From: Octopus vulgaris
Taxonomy: Eukaryota
Direction of reading: 5' to 3'
Assembly: GCA_951406725.2 (NCBI GenBank)
Contig: OX597835.1
Coordinates: forward strand, 22,320,001-22,384,000
Length of the DNA stretch: 64,000 nucleotides
Positions 41,051-54,862 of this stretch are shown here, piece after piece (position 1 is the first letter of the stretch; each line of letters begins with the position of its first letter). The notes beneath the pieces were generated by a model. It did no database searches, was not told the origin of the DNA, and saw only the letters and a list, made by a program, of their open reading frames with translations. The position numbers and the translations under genes are program-made.

Positions 41051-41475
41051 TATGTACACATGACCGTGTGTTCGTGCCTATCTTGTATGTTTATCTACAT
41101 AAAATACTTTAACACATCTCCCTAATGTTATCGTAGTATTGTATCGAATATTCCATGGAGATTATACAACAACCAATTAGCTTTCGGTTTTATTATTGTC
41201 CTTTCTTTACTTTTCTTTCCCCTTCTTATTATTTTCCTTTAAGCTTTCCTTTCTATTCATTCGTCTTTCCTTCTTTCTCTTCTCAGCAGTGTTTACCCCC
41301 GAAAAACCTTCAAATGATCCCTGTAAATACGAACCCGACACGACAGGAATCATAAATGGAATATTATTTCTAGAAAAGCATAAAAGGGTCTCATTTGTGT
41401 TTATATTAACGGCTTCATATTATCTTATTAATTTAAAGGTTACACACGTACAAATAATACATAACTCCACCCGGA

Positions 41476-41518
<43 letters not shown>

Positions 41519-42076
41519 CACACATACTCCAGGTGTATATATATATATATGTGTATATGTACTTGCGTGTAGATTATGTAAGTGTTTTACATATGTATAT
41601 ATGTAGTATTTTCATTGTATTCCCCTAATATCAAGTTCGCATCACACGACATCATTCATACAACAATAAAAATATTAGGGATTTGGGACATTGCACATAC
41701 GCTAAGAGATGTGTGTAAATAAAATAAACACGCACGCGCATGCGCACAATCATGTATGTATTTGCGTGTGAGTATATATATATATATATATATATACATA
41801 TGTATACACCTATGCACATAAATTATTTATATACTTATATATTGACAGATATAAATATGCAATGATGTTGAGTGCGTGTGTGTGTACATATGTATATATT
41901 ATATATAAGGATAATGTAACGCTAGGATGGAAGATACTAAACTTTATTATATGTGTATGTGTGTGTGTTTGTGTGTGTGTGTGAGTGTATCATAGGTAGG
42001 TAAAGAGAAAGAGAGAGAGAGAGAGAGAAGGACAGAGAGACAGGTTTGTAGGTAGGTATGTAGGTAGGTAGGTAGG

Positions 42077-42183
<107 letters not shown>

Positions 42184-42436
42184 AACTATGTGTGCTTGAG
42201 TGTCTATTGCATATTCACATATTCATAGATGTTTCTATATCTATGCATATATGTATAAATACACACATATATATATATATATACATATACTATTATATAT
42301 ATATATATATATAGGATACATATATATATATATATATATATAACATGATACATATATATATATACATATATATATAAATATATATATAAATATATATATA
42401 TATATACATATACATACATATATATATATATATATA

Positions 42437-42482
<46 letters not shown>

Positions 42483-42564
42483 GATATATATGTATGACAC
42501 ACACGCACACATATATATATACATATACATACAGATAAATATATATGTGTTACACGAACACACA

Positions 42565-42620
<56 letters not shown>

Positions 42621-42799
42621 TGATGTATACATACCTGTGTGGGAATATTTGTGCGTATGTAAATTTATATAAACAAATATCCATTCACAGACCTGGCATT
42701 CCTTTTATGGTGAGACCAAGATGCAAAAACCAAACGTAGTTTGCAAATCTATGCATTTTACACATGTATACAAACACACACACACACACACACACACAG

Positions 42800-42861
<62 letters not shown>

Positions 42862-42863
<2 letters not shown>

Positions 42864-43145
42864 AGGCGCAATGGCCCAGTGGTTAGGGCAGCGAACTCGC
42901 GGTCGTAGGATCGCGGTTTCGATTCCCAGGCCGGGCGTTGAGAGTGTTTATTGAGCGAAAACACCTAAAAGCTCCACGAGGCTCCGGCAGGGGGTGGTGA
43001 TCCCTGCTGTACCCTTTCACCACTCTTTCTTCTGTTGGCCTGCTCGCTTAGCCAGCGGGGTGACGTCATTCGAAGGCTAAAACAATGCGAACGCATTGTG
43101 ACCAGCGATGTGTAACTACATCTGATGGACTGGTCGGTCACGTGA
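42862..43145 (+). mobile_element. SINE type 3, full length
   Basis: tRNA head ggaggcgcaatggcccagtggttaggg...gtttcgattccc; tail ends ggtcacgtga; second copy at 46207-46512. Confidence 0.87.
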
Positions 43146-43157
43146 TATATATATATA

Positions 43158-43468
43158 TTTCAGCCATTTGACTGCGGCCATGCTGGAGCACCGCCCTTAG
43201 TCGAGCAAATCGCCCGCAGGATTTATTCTTCGTAAGCTTAGTACTTATTCTATCGGTATCTTTTTGCTGAGCCGCTAAGTCGTGGTGACGTAGCCACACC
43301 AACATCGGTTGTCAAACGATTGTCGGGGGACAAACACAGACACACAAACATATGTGTGTGAATACATATATAGGACGGGCTTCTTCTAGTTTCCGTCTAC
43401 AAAAATCCACTCACAAGGCTTTGGTCGGCCCGAAGCTATAGCAGAATACTCTTGCCCAAGGTGCCACT
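43158..43468 (-). mobile_element. SINE type 2, truncated
   Basis: Reverse complement of family body. Confidence 0.85.
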
Positions 43469-43640
43469 CATCGAGTATCTTATGCGCATTGAGACAACAA
43501 ATCGAACGTTAGTTGAATAAAGCACTCAATACAAATGTAGAGTGTAATATTAATAATAAAAGCAATTATCTTGTTGGCAGAGATTTCGAAAATGTGTTGG
43601 GGCTGTGAGTTTTCAAACACTGAAGAACAGGAACCTGAAG

Positions 43641-43643
<3 letters not shown>

Positions 43644-43673
<30 letters not shown>

Positions 43674-43707
43674 TGTATGTATGTATGTATGTATGTATGT
43701 ATGTATG

Positions 43708-43739
<32 letters not shown>

Positions 43740-44385
43740 TGTATGTATGTGTGTGTATGTATGTATGTATGTATGTATGTGTGTATGTGTGTATGTATGT
43801 ATGTATGTATGTGTGTGTGTGTATGTATGTATGTATGTATGTGTATGTGTGTGTATGTATGTATGTATGTATTTATGTATGTATGTATGTATGTATGTGT
43901 ATGTATGTATGTATGTATGTATGTATGTATGTATGTATGTATGTATGTATGTATGTATGTATGTATGTATGTATGTATGTATGTATGTATGTATGTTTGT
44001 ATGTATGTTTGTATGTATGTATGTATGTATGTATGTATGTATGTATGTATGTATGTATGTATGTATGTATGTATGTATGTATGCATGCATGTATGTATGT
44101 ATGTATGTATGTATGTATGTATGTGTGTGTATGTATGTATGTATGTATGTATGTATGTATGTATGTATGTATGTATGTATGTATGTATGTATGTATGTAT
44201 GTATGTATGTATGTATGTATGTATGTGTATGTATGTATGTATGTATGTATGTATGTATGTATGTATGTATGTATGTATGTATGTATGTATGTATGTATGT
44301 ATGTGTGTGTGTGTATGTATGTATGTATGTATCTATGTATGTGTGTGTGTATGTATGTATGTATGTATGTATGTATGTATGTATG

Positions 44386-44417
<32 letters not shown>

Positions 44418-44512
44418 TGTATGTATGTATGTATGTATGTATGTATGTATGTATGTATGTATGTATGTATGTATGTATACATACATACATACATATACAT
44501 ACATACATACAA

Positions 44513-44545
<33 letters not shown>

Positions 44546-44647
44546 CATTCATACATACATACATACATACATACATACTTACATACATTCATACATACAT
44601 ACATACATACATACATACATACATACATACATACATACATACATACA

Positions 44648-44681
<34 letters not shown>

Positions 44682-45265
44682 CATATATACATTCATACAT
44701 ACATATATACATACATACATACTTACATACATTCATACATACATACATACATACATACATACATACATACATACATACATACATTCATACATATATACAT
44801 ATATACATTCATACATACATATATACATACATACATACTTACATACATTCATACATACATACATACATACATACATACATACATACATACATACATACAT
44901 GTACGTATGTATGTTTGTACATACATACATACATACATATATACATACATACATACATACATTCATACATACATACATATATACATACATACATTCATAC
45001 ATATATACATATATACATTCATACATACATATATACATACATACATACTTACATACATTCATACATACATACATACATACATACATACATACATACATAC
45101 ATACATACATACATACATACATACATACATACATACATTCATACATACATATATACATTCATACATACATACATACATACATACATACTTACTTACATAC
45201 ATTCATACATACATATATACATACATACATACATACATACATACATACATACATACATACATACA

Positions 45266-45298
<33 letters not shown>

Positions 45299-45353
45299 TC
45301 ATACATACATGCATACATACATACATACATACATACATACATACATACATACA

Positions 45354-45387
<34 letters not shown>

Positions 45388-45389
45388 CA

Positions 45390-45423
<34 letters not shown>

Positions 45424-45458
45424 CATTCATACATACATACATACATACATACATACAT
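43644..45458. repeat. (TATG)n directly abutting (TACA)n: ~1.8-kb microsatellite palindrome centred at 44477|44478
   Basis: Junction gtatgta|tacatac with no spacer. Confidence 0.96.
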
Positions 45459-46206
45459 AAATATATACTTACAAATGCATACAAGCCCATGCACACACAC
45501 ACACATTAAAAATCATTGGATTAGACAAAAGAAAAAGCAAAAAGCTTTGTCACATCTTAAGTGAGTGGCTTCGTTTCTCGAACGACATCGCAAAGAAAAG
45601 GCATTCACTTTTAACGATGGCTATGAACTTAGTAACTCTTTATGATGAACGACGGAGTCTTATGAAGTGGAGGAAGCGTGAAAGAGAGAGGGGGGAAGTG
45701 AGGGAGGTGGGAGAGAGTGTGAGTAAGAAAGAGTGAGTATGTGAGTGAGAGAGAAGGAGGGAGGGAGAGAGGAAGAGAAGGAACAAGTGTCTCAATCATG
45801 CATTTCTCACAACCTTTGACCTCGTCATTAGAAGTACATTTCCTTTTAGATGCATACCTCGGAAAACGGTTATTAAACGCGAAAACACAAACACACACAC
45901 ACACACACATACACACACATACACGCATACACACACACACACATACACACAAACAAACAAACATAAATGCACGCGAGCACTCACACACACACACACACAC
46001 ACACAGAACATTTATAGAATATAGTATGGTAATACGATCGGTGGGTATGTTTCGCTGATGAACAGAGAATAAGATCGAAAAATGTCTGGTATTTGTCTTG
46101 CCCTTACTCGCCGGGGCAAACGTTTATATATATTTAATAGCTTTTTAATGTTCTATGTATGATGTTTACATATTTAAATATGTTAACCTTAGCTCATATA
46201 TATATG

Positions 46207-46511
46207 AGCCAGTGGCCCAGTGGTAAGGGCAGCGGACTCGCGGTCGTAGGATCACGGTTTCGATTCCTAGACTAGGCATTGTGAGTGTTTATTGAGCGAA
46301 AACACCTAAAGCTCCACGAGTCTCCAGCAGGGGGTGGTGGCGATCCTTGCTGTACTCTTTCGCCACATCTTTCTCTCACTCTTTCTTTTGTTGGCCTGCT
46401 CGCTTAACCAGCGGGATGGCGTCATTTAAAGGCTAAAGCAATGCGAAACGCATTGTGACCAGCGATGTGTAGCAACATCTGATAGCTTGGTCGGTCACGG
46501 TGATCACGGTG

Positions 46512-46512
<1 letters not shown>
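46207..46512 (+). mobile_element. SINE type 3
   Basis: Aligns with 42862-43145. Confidence 0.87.
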
Positions 46513-46544
<32 letters not shown>

Positions 46545-46771
46545 ACTCTTATTATAAAAGGCAGATTTTATCTGCCTCCCTTTGTCAGTTATAGAAATCT
46601 ACAATATAGGATTTCTTCAATTACAATTTACCTAGCATTTTTAAGAGTAGAATGCATCGGGTCATGCCAGGTCCAGTTTTTAAAATTTCAACCCCAATTA
46701 AGCAAAATTTACAGAAAACTCACATTGTGGTGTATGAGTCAAATGCTTCTCTTAATGTGGGCTACTACACT

Positions 46772-46802
<31 letters not shown>

Positions 46803-47453
46803 AGCGATCTCATTCACTCACGCTATCACTCATTTCTACGACTTCCTCTTTGCAAGTAAAGTGAAACTAATTCGATAAAACGAGAGAAGTGTACCTTAAA
46901 CCACTACTAAAAAAAAAAAAAACAGCAAACAGAAACAAATAAATACATAACGATTTACTCCTCACACAATTTCTTCAATTAGAGTGTACCCATGATTTTT
47001 CAGAGTACTTCCAGTGGGTGATGCCATAAAAAATTTCTTTCAATTTTACCACCAATTAAGACAAAATTCGAGAAAACTCAATATTTTAACATTTCACTCC
47101 GAAAGCATTGATGTACATGTGTGCGTGCGTGAGTGTGTGTGTGTCATTCCTCACACACACGCATACACATACATATATGAGAGTGGCAAACACAAACGTT
47201 TCAAACAACTACATACAAACACGTGTGTGCTTGTTATTAGTAAAAAAAGGCGCCAAAACACAACTCACTTATCATTCCAACACATTTGCTATAACAATAC
47301 AGAAAAGGTAAATTGGTTTTTATTTTACTCTGTATATATTTTATTATATAATATTATATATAGATATATGTATATATAATTGCAGTATGAAACAGTGTTT
47401 ATGTATAAACAGACGACACTTATATATAGTTATTAATAAATGTATGCATCCGT

Positions 47454-47783
47454 TTAACCCTTTCGTTACCAAACCGCCCGAATTTACCTATTCATATTTA
47501 AATGAGAATATCAGAGTAAATCTCTTTAGTACATTCGTGAAAACACGTATTATACTTCGTAAAGAGTTCAACTACAGTTTTGTACAAAAATCGAAGTGTA
47601 ATTTTAATTCCGTGAATTATGGGAGATTTTTTTCCGAAATTTGTTCCTATTGTGTTTTCAAAATTTGTAATTCTGACAAAAAATGGATACGAATTTCATT
47701 ATATCAAGCAGCGAGTCAGAATTCGAAGGATTTTCTACTGAAGACCTTCATAAATCTAACTCTATGACTGAAAAAAAAAAGCA
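47454..47783 (+). mobile_element. piggyBac-like 5' end
   Basis: TTAA followed by CCCTTT terminus; ORF start MDTNFIISSSESEFEGFSTEDL is an acidic N-terminus of piggyBac type; cut by a Helitron. Confidence 0.5.
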
Positions 47784-48163
47784 TCTTTATATAAGAGTGA
47801 AGTTGTGTGTCTGTCTCCTACGATTTAGATTCCTAACTACTCCCACATTTTGCGGTGCAGTTTAACCAAAAGCGGGTATCTTATAGTCGTGATTCATATC
47901 GAGCCCTTCTGGGTACTAGCGCGCGTCTACGATGAGTCTACGATTTAAAAAATAATTTACCATAATTTTTTTCCATTTTAATGCATTTTTTCGCTATTAT
48001 ATAAGGGAAGTAACTCTCTAAAAATGTCTACGATGGGTCAACGATTTTTGAAAAAATTAACCATCTTTTTTTTCCATTTTTAATGCATTTTTTGCTATTT
48101 TTTGGCTATAACACTGTAAAAATGCTTTATAGTTATTTCCCTTCAAACCCGAGCAACGCCGGG

Positions 48164-48168
<5 letters not shown>
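47784..48168 (+). mobile_element. Non-autonomous Helitron lacking its last ~7 nt
   Basis: a|TCTTTATATAAG start; hairpin intact, then gggcga runs into (TA)n instead of tactgctag. Confidence 0.85.
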
Positions 48169-48208
<40 letters not shown>

Positions 48209-48210
<2 letters not shown>

Positions 48211-49266
48211 GGGTGCGATGGGTAAATTGTCACCATTTTATATTTTTAATTTTGTGCATGTGCATTGTTTGTTTTGGGTTTTGTCAACTACACAGTATAG
48301 TAGAGTCAGTTGGGCACCGTCTGTGAGAAAAACAGCACCATGCCAGAAATTTGGAAACAACATGCTTGCTGTTTGGCATTTGTGCTGGAAGCTCCATGAA
48401 GAACATCTTACAGTGTTTGGGTGTCAATCTGAGGACAGTACAGAGGATTTGGAAAGGGTTGGATGAGACTAATGGTGATTACGAAGGCTTGGCAGCTCGG
48501 AAAACTCCCTCTGATCGTTCTGAAAAGAAATCCTGAATTTGTTGGTGAGATCCAGGCCATTATTGACAACCATCCCCCCAAGTCAATCAGGTCCATCACC
48601 AGAGATATGGGAGTGTCTGAGTTTCTTATCAGGCAGGTAGTGCATGAAGAAATTTGGTATTCCTCATATAAGATGAGAAAGGGCCAATTTTTATCCCAAG
48701 CCATCAAGGACATGAGGAAAGATCACGCTACAAAGCTTTTGAACAAATTCAAGCATCCCCTCCGACAGAACATACTTTGGTTTTTCTCAGAGGAGAAAAA
48801 TTTCTGCCAGGATCAGATGATGAACACACAGAACAACTGTTGGCTTGGCGTGTCCCAAAAACATGTACCGCGAGTGATAAAAATGAAACATCCAATCAAC
48901 ATCATGTTTGGAGTGAACAATAGTGATGGCGACGTTATGCGTCTTCGCATACGGCCTCAAACACAAAACGGAGGCCTACATCAAGTGGCTGGAGGAGGTA
49001 GTGCTGCCTGGGTCAAGAGGGTGACTACTGGAAGACCCTATGTCTGGCAACAGGACTCTGCACCATACTACACAAGCAGGGAAACACAGTCATAGCTCTC
49101 AGGCAATTTCTGCGACCACATCACCCCTAACATCTGGCCATCTAACTCACCAGACTGCAACCCCCTTTGATTATTATGTGTGGGACGCAGTTGAGCGAGA
49201 GACCAACAAAACTCCTTGTAACACCAAAGATGAACTGAAGGCAAGGATTATGGCAGGATTCACCAA
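48209..49266 (+). pseudogene. Tc1/mariner transposon of the DD37D (maT) family, decayed transposase, 3' TIR missing
   Basis: cagggtg TIR-like start after (TA)n; WFFSEEKNF (FSDEK), YVWQQDSAP, WPSNSPDCNPL/DYYVW; 37 codons between second and third Asp counting one stop and correcting one +1 frameshift. Confidence 0.85.
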
Positions 49267-49307
49267 GGTTTTGTGGAATGTATAGGACATTTATAAAGAG
49301 AAAGGTA

Positions 49308-49355
49308 GTCTTACAGCTGTTTCTGGGATATTAGGGATATCTCCTCATCAGAGAC
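49308..49355 (-). ncRNA. Minimal type I hammerhead ribozyme motif (Penelope pseudo-LTR type)
   Basis: GUCU CUGAUGA GGAGAUAU-CCCUA-AUAUCCCA GAA ACAGCUGU A AGAC: intact core, stem I GUCU/AGAC, stem II GAUAU/AUAUC with an imperfect base, palindromic stem III, GUA cleavage triplet. Confidence 0.68.
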
Positions 49356-50424
49356 AATGTGGGAGAGTTAACTAGAAGGAAAGAGTAGAGTTCAAAATCA
49401 GGAGTTATTTTGGAAAAGGATGGATATAGGAAGTGTAAAGGGAAATAAAAGAATGAAAGTAAAAGTAAAAATATATGAAGGATGTTATAGTTGCAGTTCC
49501 ATTATCCAAGGAAAGTGATGTGTAGAATGGAATGGGTAGAAATGCTACTTGTCCAGGGTATGTAGATTCCGATAGGAGTTCGTATTTTGTTACTACGAGT
49601 GGATTGTGGACGAGTGGATGTGCTGTTCATACATAGTTATGGCATATTCTATTAAGAACATGGTAGAGTACAGTATAAAGCCCGTCCAGCTGCAGATTTA
49701 CCCCGCGTTATCCAGTAGTATTGGTTTGCACTTGGGCATTTGTCATATGTGAATAGTTGAATTCAGGCCACGACAGACAAAGAGGATTTTCTTTGAACTT
49801 ACGGAGATAAATTTTACGTATCGCCTGAGGAAATACAGCTAGATCTCATAATGCAGGGAAACAGTCGCATGATCAAGGACCTGCACACCTGGAGAAGTAC
49901 GTTGCGTGGAAACAATTGTAGTGATTAAAAACATAAATATCCAACCATATCCCTTACTGTTGATTCCAATATTTTGTATTACCTATTCACACACGACAGA
50001 AGCTCAAATGCAAACCTGGAAGTACGTATAATTCTACTACTGGATAGCACATGGAGAAATCTGAAGGTGGACAAGCTTTATACGGTATTCTACTACGTTC
50101 TTAACAGAATATACCATAACTAAAGGAGTGGCTATGTGATAAGAAGCTAGGTTCCCAATACATGGTTCCAGGTTCAGTCCCACTGGATTTGGTAGACGGA
50201 AACTCAAAGAAGCCCATCGCATATATATATATTTGCGATGGGCTTCTTTCAGTTTCCGTCTACTAAATCCATTCACAAGACTTTGATTGGTCAAAGGCTA
50301 TAGTAGAAGTCACTTGCCCAAGGTGCCACTCAGTGGGACTGAACCTGGAACCATGTGGTTGGGAGCCAAGCTTCTTACCACACAGCCATACATACATACA
50401 TACATATATATATATATAATACGT

Positions 50425-50470
<46 letters not shown>

Positions 50471-50827
50471 CATATTCACTCGCTCCAGGTGCTTTCCTGA
50501 ACTGAAGAAGCAGCATATTCGGATGCTGCACTCTTGAGTGAAAATTTGTTTTCACTACACGCACCTCCACATTGTTGAACTGGAGACCACCATACACGTC
50601 CGCACACGTTCGTTCACAAAACTGATGCTATTCGACGATGGCCAACATCAATCCATGGGAAATAACTCTTGTTTACCTCCTGGAACATGGTAATATTTTT
50701 CTTTCACTGTTGTTTTCCGGATTTTTTCACGAGTACCGAGCCTTGCCAGCGATTATACATCACCAGCATAGAGAGATGATATCTACTTCCGGTCAGCATA
50801 TCTGAAGAGCTATCGCTTCAGGAAAGC

Positions 50828-51747
50828 GTGGTGGTGGTGGTGGTGGTGGTGGCGGTGGCGGCGGCGGCGGCGGTGGCGGCGGTGGCGGCGGCGGCGGTGG
50901 TGGTGGTGGTGGTAGTGGTGGTAGCGGCGGTGGCGGCGGTGGTGGTGGTGGTAGCGGCGGTGGTGGCGGTGGTGGTGATGGTGGTGGCGGCGGTGTTGGG
51001 GTGGCGGCGGTGGCGGTGGTGGTGGTGGCTGCGGCGGTTATGGTGGTCGTGGTGATATGGTCGTGGTAGTGGTGGAGGTGACGGCGTTAGTGCTGGTGGT
51101 GGCAATGGTGGTGGTGGTGGTTGTGGTGGCGGTGTTTGTCGTGGTGGCGACGATGACGGTGGTGGTACGTCAGGTGACAATGTTATTATATACATCCGTT
51201 TTTCGCAGTATTGTTGTGTAAAAACCACCAAGATCACCGCCATCGACAACAACAACGACAACAACCATGACACCATTATCACCACCATCAGTACCACCAC
51301 CACTACCACCACCAGCATCACCACCACCACTACTAGTACTACTACCGACATCCACACAATCATAATCATCATCACCATCATTGCCACCGCTAATAACACC
51401 ACCACCACCACAACCCCCACAACCACCATCACCAGCGCTACTATCACCAACACCATCACCAGCACTATCACGGTCGTTAAACCCCACAAAAAACAACAGT
51501 AGTAACATCACCACAACCGTTACTACCGCCATCACCAATGACAGCAACCTCCACCACCACCACCACCACAACAACAACAACAACAACAACAACGAACACC
51601 ATTCTCAAAATGGTTTTCATAGTTGACACTTTAGAGTACTCGACACTTTCTAAATCCGGTTGTTATAGTCATCCCACTTATTAACCATCAAAGTCATCAT
51701 CACCATCATCATCATCATCATCATCATCATCACCATCACCACCACCA

Positions 51748-51797
<50 letters not shown>

Positions 51798-51799
51798 CC

Positions 51800-51855
<56 letters not shown>

Positions 51856-51876
51856 CATCATCATCATTACCACCAC

Positions 51877-51908
<32 letters not shown>

Positions 51909-51960
51909 CCACCATCATCATCATCATCACCACCATCATCATCATCATCCTCATCATCAC

Positions 51961-52003
<43 letters not shown>

Positions 52004-52262
52004 GTCATCATCATCACTATCGTTACTGTCGTTGTTGTAGTTGTCGTCACCATCATTATCGTCGTCATCATCACAACCACCACCGCCAGCACCACCATCG
52101 TTGTCGTCGCCATCATCATCGTCATCGTTGTCATCGTATTCATCCTTGTCATCGTGGTCATTATCGTCATCATCATCATCATCATCGTCATCATCATCGT
52201 CATCATCATCATCATCATCATCATCATCGTCATCATCATCTTCATCATCGTCGTCGTTGTCA
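50828..52262. repeat. (GGT/GGC)n, opposed (CAC/CAA)n and (CAT)n arrays
   Basis: Directly visible. Confidence 0.93.
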
Positions 52263-52329
52263 TCAGCTGCAGTGGCAGCAGCATCACCATCAACCGTTGG
52301 ACATTACAGTCACGAGTCCTATGACCCCC

Positions 52330-52548
52330 TAAGGCCGTTTACCCAGTTTCCATGGCATATAAGTCAACGAGATCAAATCCCCACTGAATGAGATGCCAGT
52401 CCATCACACGCTCACTCCAATTTTGCAGCTGGACCAACGTGAAATGAAATGTATTTTGTTCAAGAACACAATGCGCTGTTTGGTTCTGGAATCGAAACCA
52501 CGGTCTTGTGACGGTGAACGCAACAACTTAACTACGAGGCCGCGCACA
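52330..52548 (-). mobile_element. Old tRNA/CORE-like SINE (type 4-related head)
   Basis: Minus strand ggcctcgtagttaag...gtttcgattcc...gcattgtgttcttgaacaa. Confidence 0.6.
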
Positions 52549-53824
52549 CAACTCTTTCACACACAACTCCCATCCAAAACATCTTCACGAGAACGTTGTT
52601 TCTACGTTATTTCTATGCCATTACATCAGGTTATGTCCAAATCGAAATAAAAAACTGAGAATTTTAATCAATTGATTTCGATATTCGTTAAAAGCTATCG
52701 TCGCATTCGATTACTTTTTCCTGTCTGCAAAGAACACACCACTTCAAAAAGAGAGTTCCAATAGGAAAATAGACGACGTGGTTAAATTAAATTGCTCTCC
52801 TTGCTGCCAGAAACAAAAAACGAAAACTTAGAGTATTAATCAATTGATTTCAGTATTCGTTAAAGCTATAGTCGGGGTTCGACTACTTTTGCCTATCTGG
52901 TGAGAAGATCCGAGAAGATCATTGCTTTATGATAAATCTAAAAATGTTCAATCTAGGATTGACCGTGGTTGCGAGGAAATGCAAAGTCGACAGTGGGTAA
53001 TTATAACTGGAACGCCTACACAGAATATATGAGAGTCGTGTAAATTATGAACAAAATTTAGATTTTGTTGTATAATCACATTTATAACCTCTGTGAAAGT
53101 AAACCTTGTGGTTTTATAGCGGGGTCTGTTTTGCGCATCGTGGCTAAATGTGTATTTATATACACTTCTGAATATATGCATAAACTTATTGTTCCATTTT
53201 GTACTAAATTCTAGAAATGTTCCATCATTGTGAAAGTTTACCATTTACTCGGATTTAATTCAAATATATGGGAAAATCCAGTTGATGTATATAACTTGCA
53301 TCAACAATATCTATAAAGCTGAAATGCGAAAAGTTTATTTGTCTCCTTTTGCGATTGGAACGGGTTAAGGGGCACTAGATGGGATCGGATTGGCTCCAAA
53401 ATTTACAGAGACATGTAAATAGAGGCGAGGAAGTGGGTGGATTAGGTTAGAAACCCCTATCACAAAAGCTGTAGTTACTAGGGCAACAAAACCCACACTT
53501 TGACAAGTGTTTGTCGTTTCTCCCTTTCGGATATCAGCCTCTCTTCCTCGATCTCTCTCTTTACTCCCTTACCTCCACGTTCTCTCTGTCACTCTTTCTC
53601 CTACCACCACTCTCACAGTGCGTCTGTCTGTATCTATAGAGAAAAAGCATTGACAGCCGCAAAAGTTTAAATATTCCTGCCACAGGTCTTTTAGAACGGT
53701 GAATTATTATCACCCACCACAAGCGCACAATCATAAAGATATTATTAAGCAGATATATTGTGTTAATTTATATATATGTGTGTATATATATATTATATAT
53801 ATATGTCATGTATATACATATATG

Positions 53825-53862
<38 letters not shown>

Positions 53863-53885
53863 AAGTGTATATATTTATATATACA

Positions 53886-54308
53886 CAGGAGTGGCTGTGT
53901 GGTAAGTAGCTTGCTAACCAACCACATGGTTCCGGGTTCAGTCCCACTGCGTGGTACCTTGGGCAAGTGTCTTCTGCTATAGCCCCGGGCCGACCAATGC
54001 CTTGTGAGTGGATTTGGTAGACGGAAACTGGAAGAAGCCTGTCGTATATATGTATGTATATATATATATATATATGTATGTGTGTTTGTGTGTCTGTGTT
54101 TGTCCCCCTAGCATTGCTTGACAACCAATGCTGGTGTGTTTACGTCCCCGTAACTTAGCGGTTCGGCAAAAAGAGACCGATAGAATAAGTACTGGGCTTA
54201 CAAAAAAGAATAAGTCCCGGGGTCGAGTTGCTCGACTAAAGGCGGTGCTCCAGCATGGCCGCAGTCAAATGACTGAAACAAGTAAAAGAGTAAAGAGTAA
54301 AAGAGAGT
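53886..54308 (+). mobile_element. SINE type 2, full-length reference copy
   Basis: Head, internal microsatellite and tail ggcggtgctccagcatggccgcagtcaaatgactgaaacaa(gtaaaaga)n. Confidence 0.9.
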
Positions 54309-54327
54309 AATATATATATGCATATAA

Positions 54328-54365
<38 letters not shown>

Positions 54366-54862
54366 ATAGACATGTATATATATATATATATATATTAGCG
54401 AGTTTGTATGACAACTTTGAGTTTGGTCAATTGAAATGCATGGCCTCTGGGGCAAAATTCCACATCTTTTAAAATGTGGCCCGCGTAGACCAGAATGAAA
54501 TCGGGTTATAATAATGGAACAATTAAAACAATAATAAACTATTTTAATCCCGAGCAAGGCCGGGTATATATGTCTCATCTATAAAATGAAGGAGGCGAAC
54601 GTTGATACAAATTGGATTTTTATGTAAAAAGTCGTCTAAATGGGGCTGGTAGAGGATTGAAATTTACAGGAGGGGGGTAACTTGAGGTGATAAATTGATT
54701 GGGAGATGTTTTGGGGCGCTACAGTGATTACTTTGGTGTGAAAACGGGGTTTTATTGATCTTTGGAGACACTTGGGCGTCTAGATTGCAAACCTTTTGCT
54801 CGATTTCAATTTAATTTTCAACATGGTAAAGTGGAAGCGGATTTGTAATTTAAGCATGGAAA

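Noticed and set aside
42862-42935. tRNA gene candidates (also at 4465, 30696, 46207)
   Set aside because: A and B boxes are present but acceptor stems do not pair well and each continues into a repeat body; these are SINE heads.
43566-45564. ORFs of 300-640 aa (MYVC/HTYI repeats)
   Set aside because: Translations of stop-free tetranucleotide microsatellites, open in several frames on both strands.
50470-50820. Possible old RTE-like LINE fragment on minus
   Set aside because: Too degenerate to show a diagnostic motif by eye.
52664-52890. Diverged ~55-bp direct repeat 172 bp apart
   Set aside because: Old local duplication with no further structure or evident function.
53309-54577. Possible second Helitron family interrupted by a SINE (atctataaag start; cccgagcaaggccggg hairpin near 54548)
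   Set aside because: No CTRR end and no second copy in the window to confirm the boundaries.
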